DNA of 63,653 nucleotides, filler included, from Perkinsus olseni (Eukaryota): NCBI GenBank assembly GCA_013115125.1. It is 44 parts of 44 records of this genome, joined end to end, with 100 filler letters (N's around TTAATTAATTAA, not from the genome) between each part and the next. Parts side by side here need not be neighbours in the genome. Positions count along the whole stretch, not along the records: positions 62,347 to 63,653 come from JABANN010001958.1; 43 more parts are not named here. One strand, 5' to 3'. Shown piece by piece: positions 62,415 to 63,653 of this stretch (position 1 is its first letter; each line of letters starts with the position of its first letter). The notes under the pieces were generated by a model. It saw only the letters and a program-made list of their open reading frames with translations, ran no database searches and was not told where the DNA came from. The position numbers and the translations under genes were made by a program.

Positions 62415-63653
62415 AAGAAGACGGCGGCATTGGTGGTATCGCTACCGGTGGTAACGGTATCGTTGGCATCATAACCAACCGTTTCGCATCGCCATAGAAG
62501 CTACCCTTGGATTGGCTTAGTTCCAAGGCTTCTTTTCTCTCAGTCCAGAGTGGATAGCAAAGAGCGATAACGGTCGGTATCCTACCTCGGTCCTTGGGCA
62601 AGCTGCCAACACTTTCGAGAGTGTCCTGAAGGAAGTCCGGAATCCCGATGAGACGGTGAATGGTGGCGGGGAGGCTGCGGCTGGCGGTGTAGTCAAGCAG
62701 ATGCCTCTCGTACTGTGCATGCCCAGCCCTGAGGTGAACAGCCCCTCATGATGTCCCTGGTCATGATGACCGGACGGTGTCTGTTGTCAGATACATGAGT
62801 TGGCCTTGAGGGTGGTGAGAGGGAAGATAGAGGGAAGGCTAATTGACGAACCACCGGACGGTATATCAGTGGATATGGCGATGCATACCCTCTATAAGGT
62901 GAGGTTCATCATGGGCATTGAACAAATAAAGATACCTTGTTCAGATCCTACAGCCGTTCCTACCGCCTTCGACCGACCTCGAGGAGACCCCTCCCACCTC
63001 CACCGACTGTCAGAATAACATCACTAAGATTTTCGATGATGTTGCTGTTGGTGATGATGACGGTCAACAGCACCAGTCTAGCAGTAGACCGGTGTTCCTC
63101 ACCCAAACACAGTAGGAGCCGCTCAACTTATTAGGAAGGACTCTCCTCGGAAGGTACTCGCTACTGCGCTATTATCACATCGTCTACTCGAGACTTGCCC
63201 GGGCATCATACGACATAACACGACTGAGGAAACAGCAGGAGCAGAGACAGCAACAACAACAGCAGCAGCAGCACGGACAGGAGGACTCGGTATCTTCTGA
63301 ATCACCACCGTCCCTGCCCGGTGGAAGTGGTAGGGCTCCTCATTCAGCTCAGTCAAGTTGAGATTGATGGTGCTCGAGTCAGATAAGAATACGCTATCCG
63401 CTGACAATGACAACATGACCCCTCGGCCTGGGACGCAGGGTGTGGACTCGCTGGTGGACTGCATTGCGCAGGTTTGTCCTTGCGACCAGCGAATGATGAT
63501 TCGACCTGCTGCTCTTCTCAGACCTTCTCGTCGTCATCATCAGACCCCTCCGGCGTAAACAGTTTTAACAACATAGTGAAGGAACACTTGGGCTTCAATA
63601 GAGGATACTATCTTTACACGATGCCCAAGGTCAGGCGACCATCTCCGAGTAGT

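Overview
This window is not a continuous locus. It joins about 44 short eukaryotic contigs (roughly 1.39 kb falling to 1.31 kb, length-sorted) with an artificial 100-nt linker (N44-TTAATTAATTAA-N44), so adjacency across linkers means nothing. Short (~45 nt) GT-AG introns, trinucleotide microsatellites and the element repertoire suggest an alveolate such as Perkinsus (inference only). Most contigs are transposon fragments: Gypsy-like and BEL/Pao LTR gag/pol/integrase, DIRS/Ngaro RT-RNase H and tyrosine recombinase, APE-type non-LTR elements, and Tc1/mariner-like TIR elements. Host gene fragments include SAS-4/CENPJ, a RecQ1-like helicase, a GH31 glucosidase II alpha-like enzyme, secreted proteins and a membrane protein. 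There is also a tandem tRNA-Ile(UAU) array with higher-order structure and a tRNA-Trp pseudogene. The most striking signal is a 22-nt micro inverted triplication, T[1-7]+revcomp(T)+T[2-8] for an 8-mer T. It occurs at eight independent sites and matches the hairpin-resolved excision footprint expected from an 8-bp-TSD (hAT-type) transposon. One copy lies in a TIR whose partner still shows the empty 8-mer. All protein calls rest on motif recognition by eye; no searches were run.
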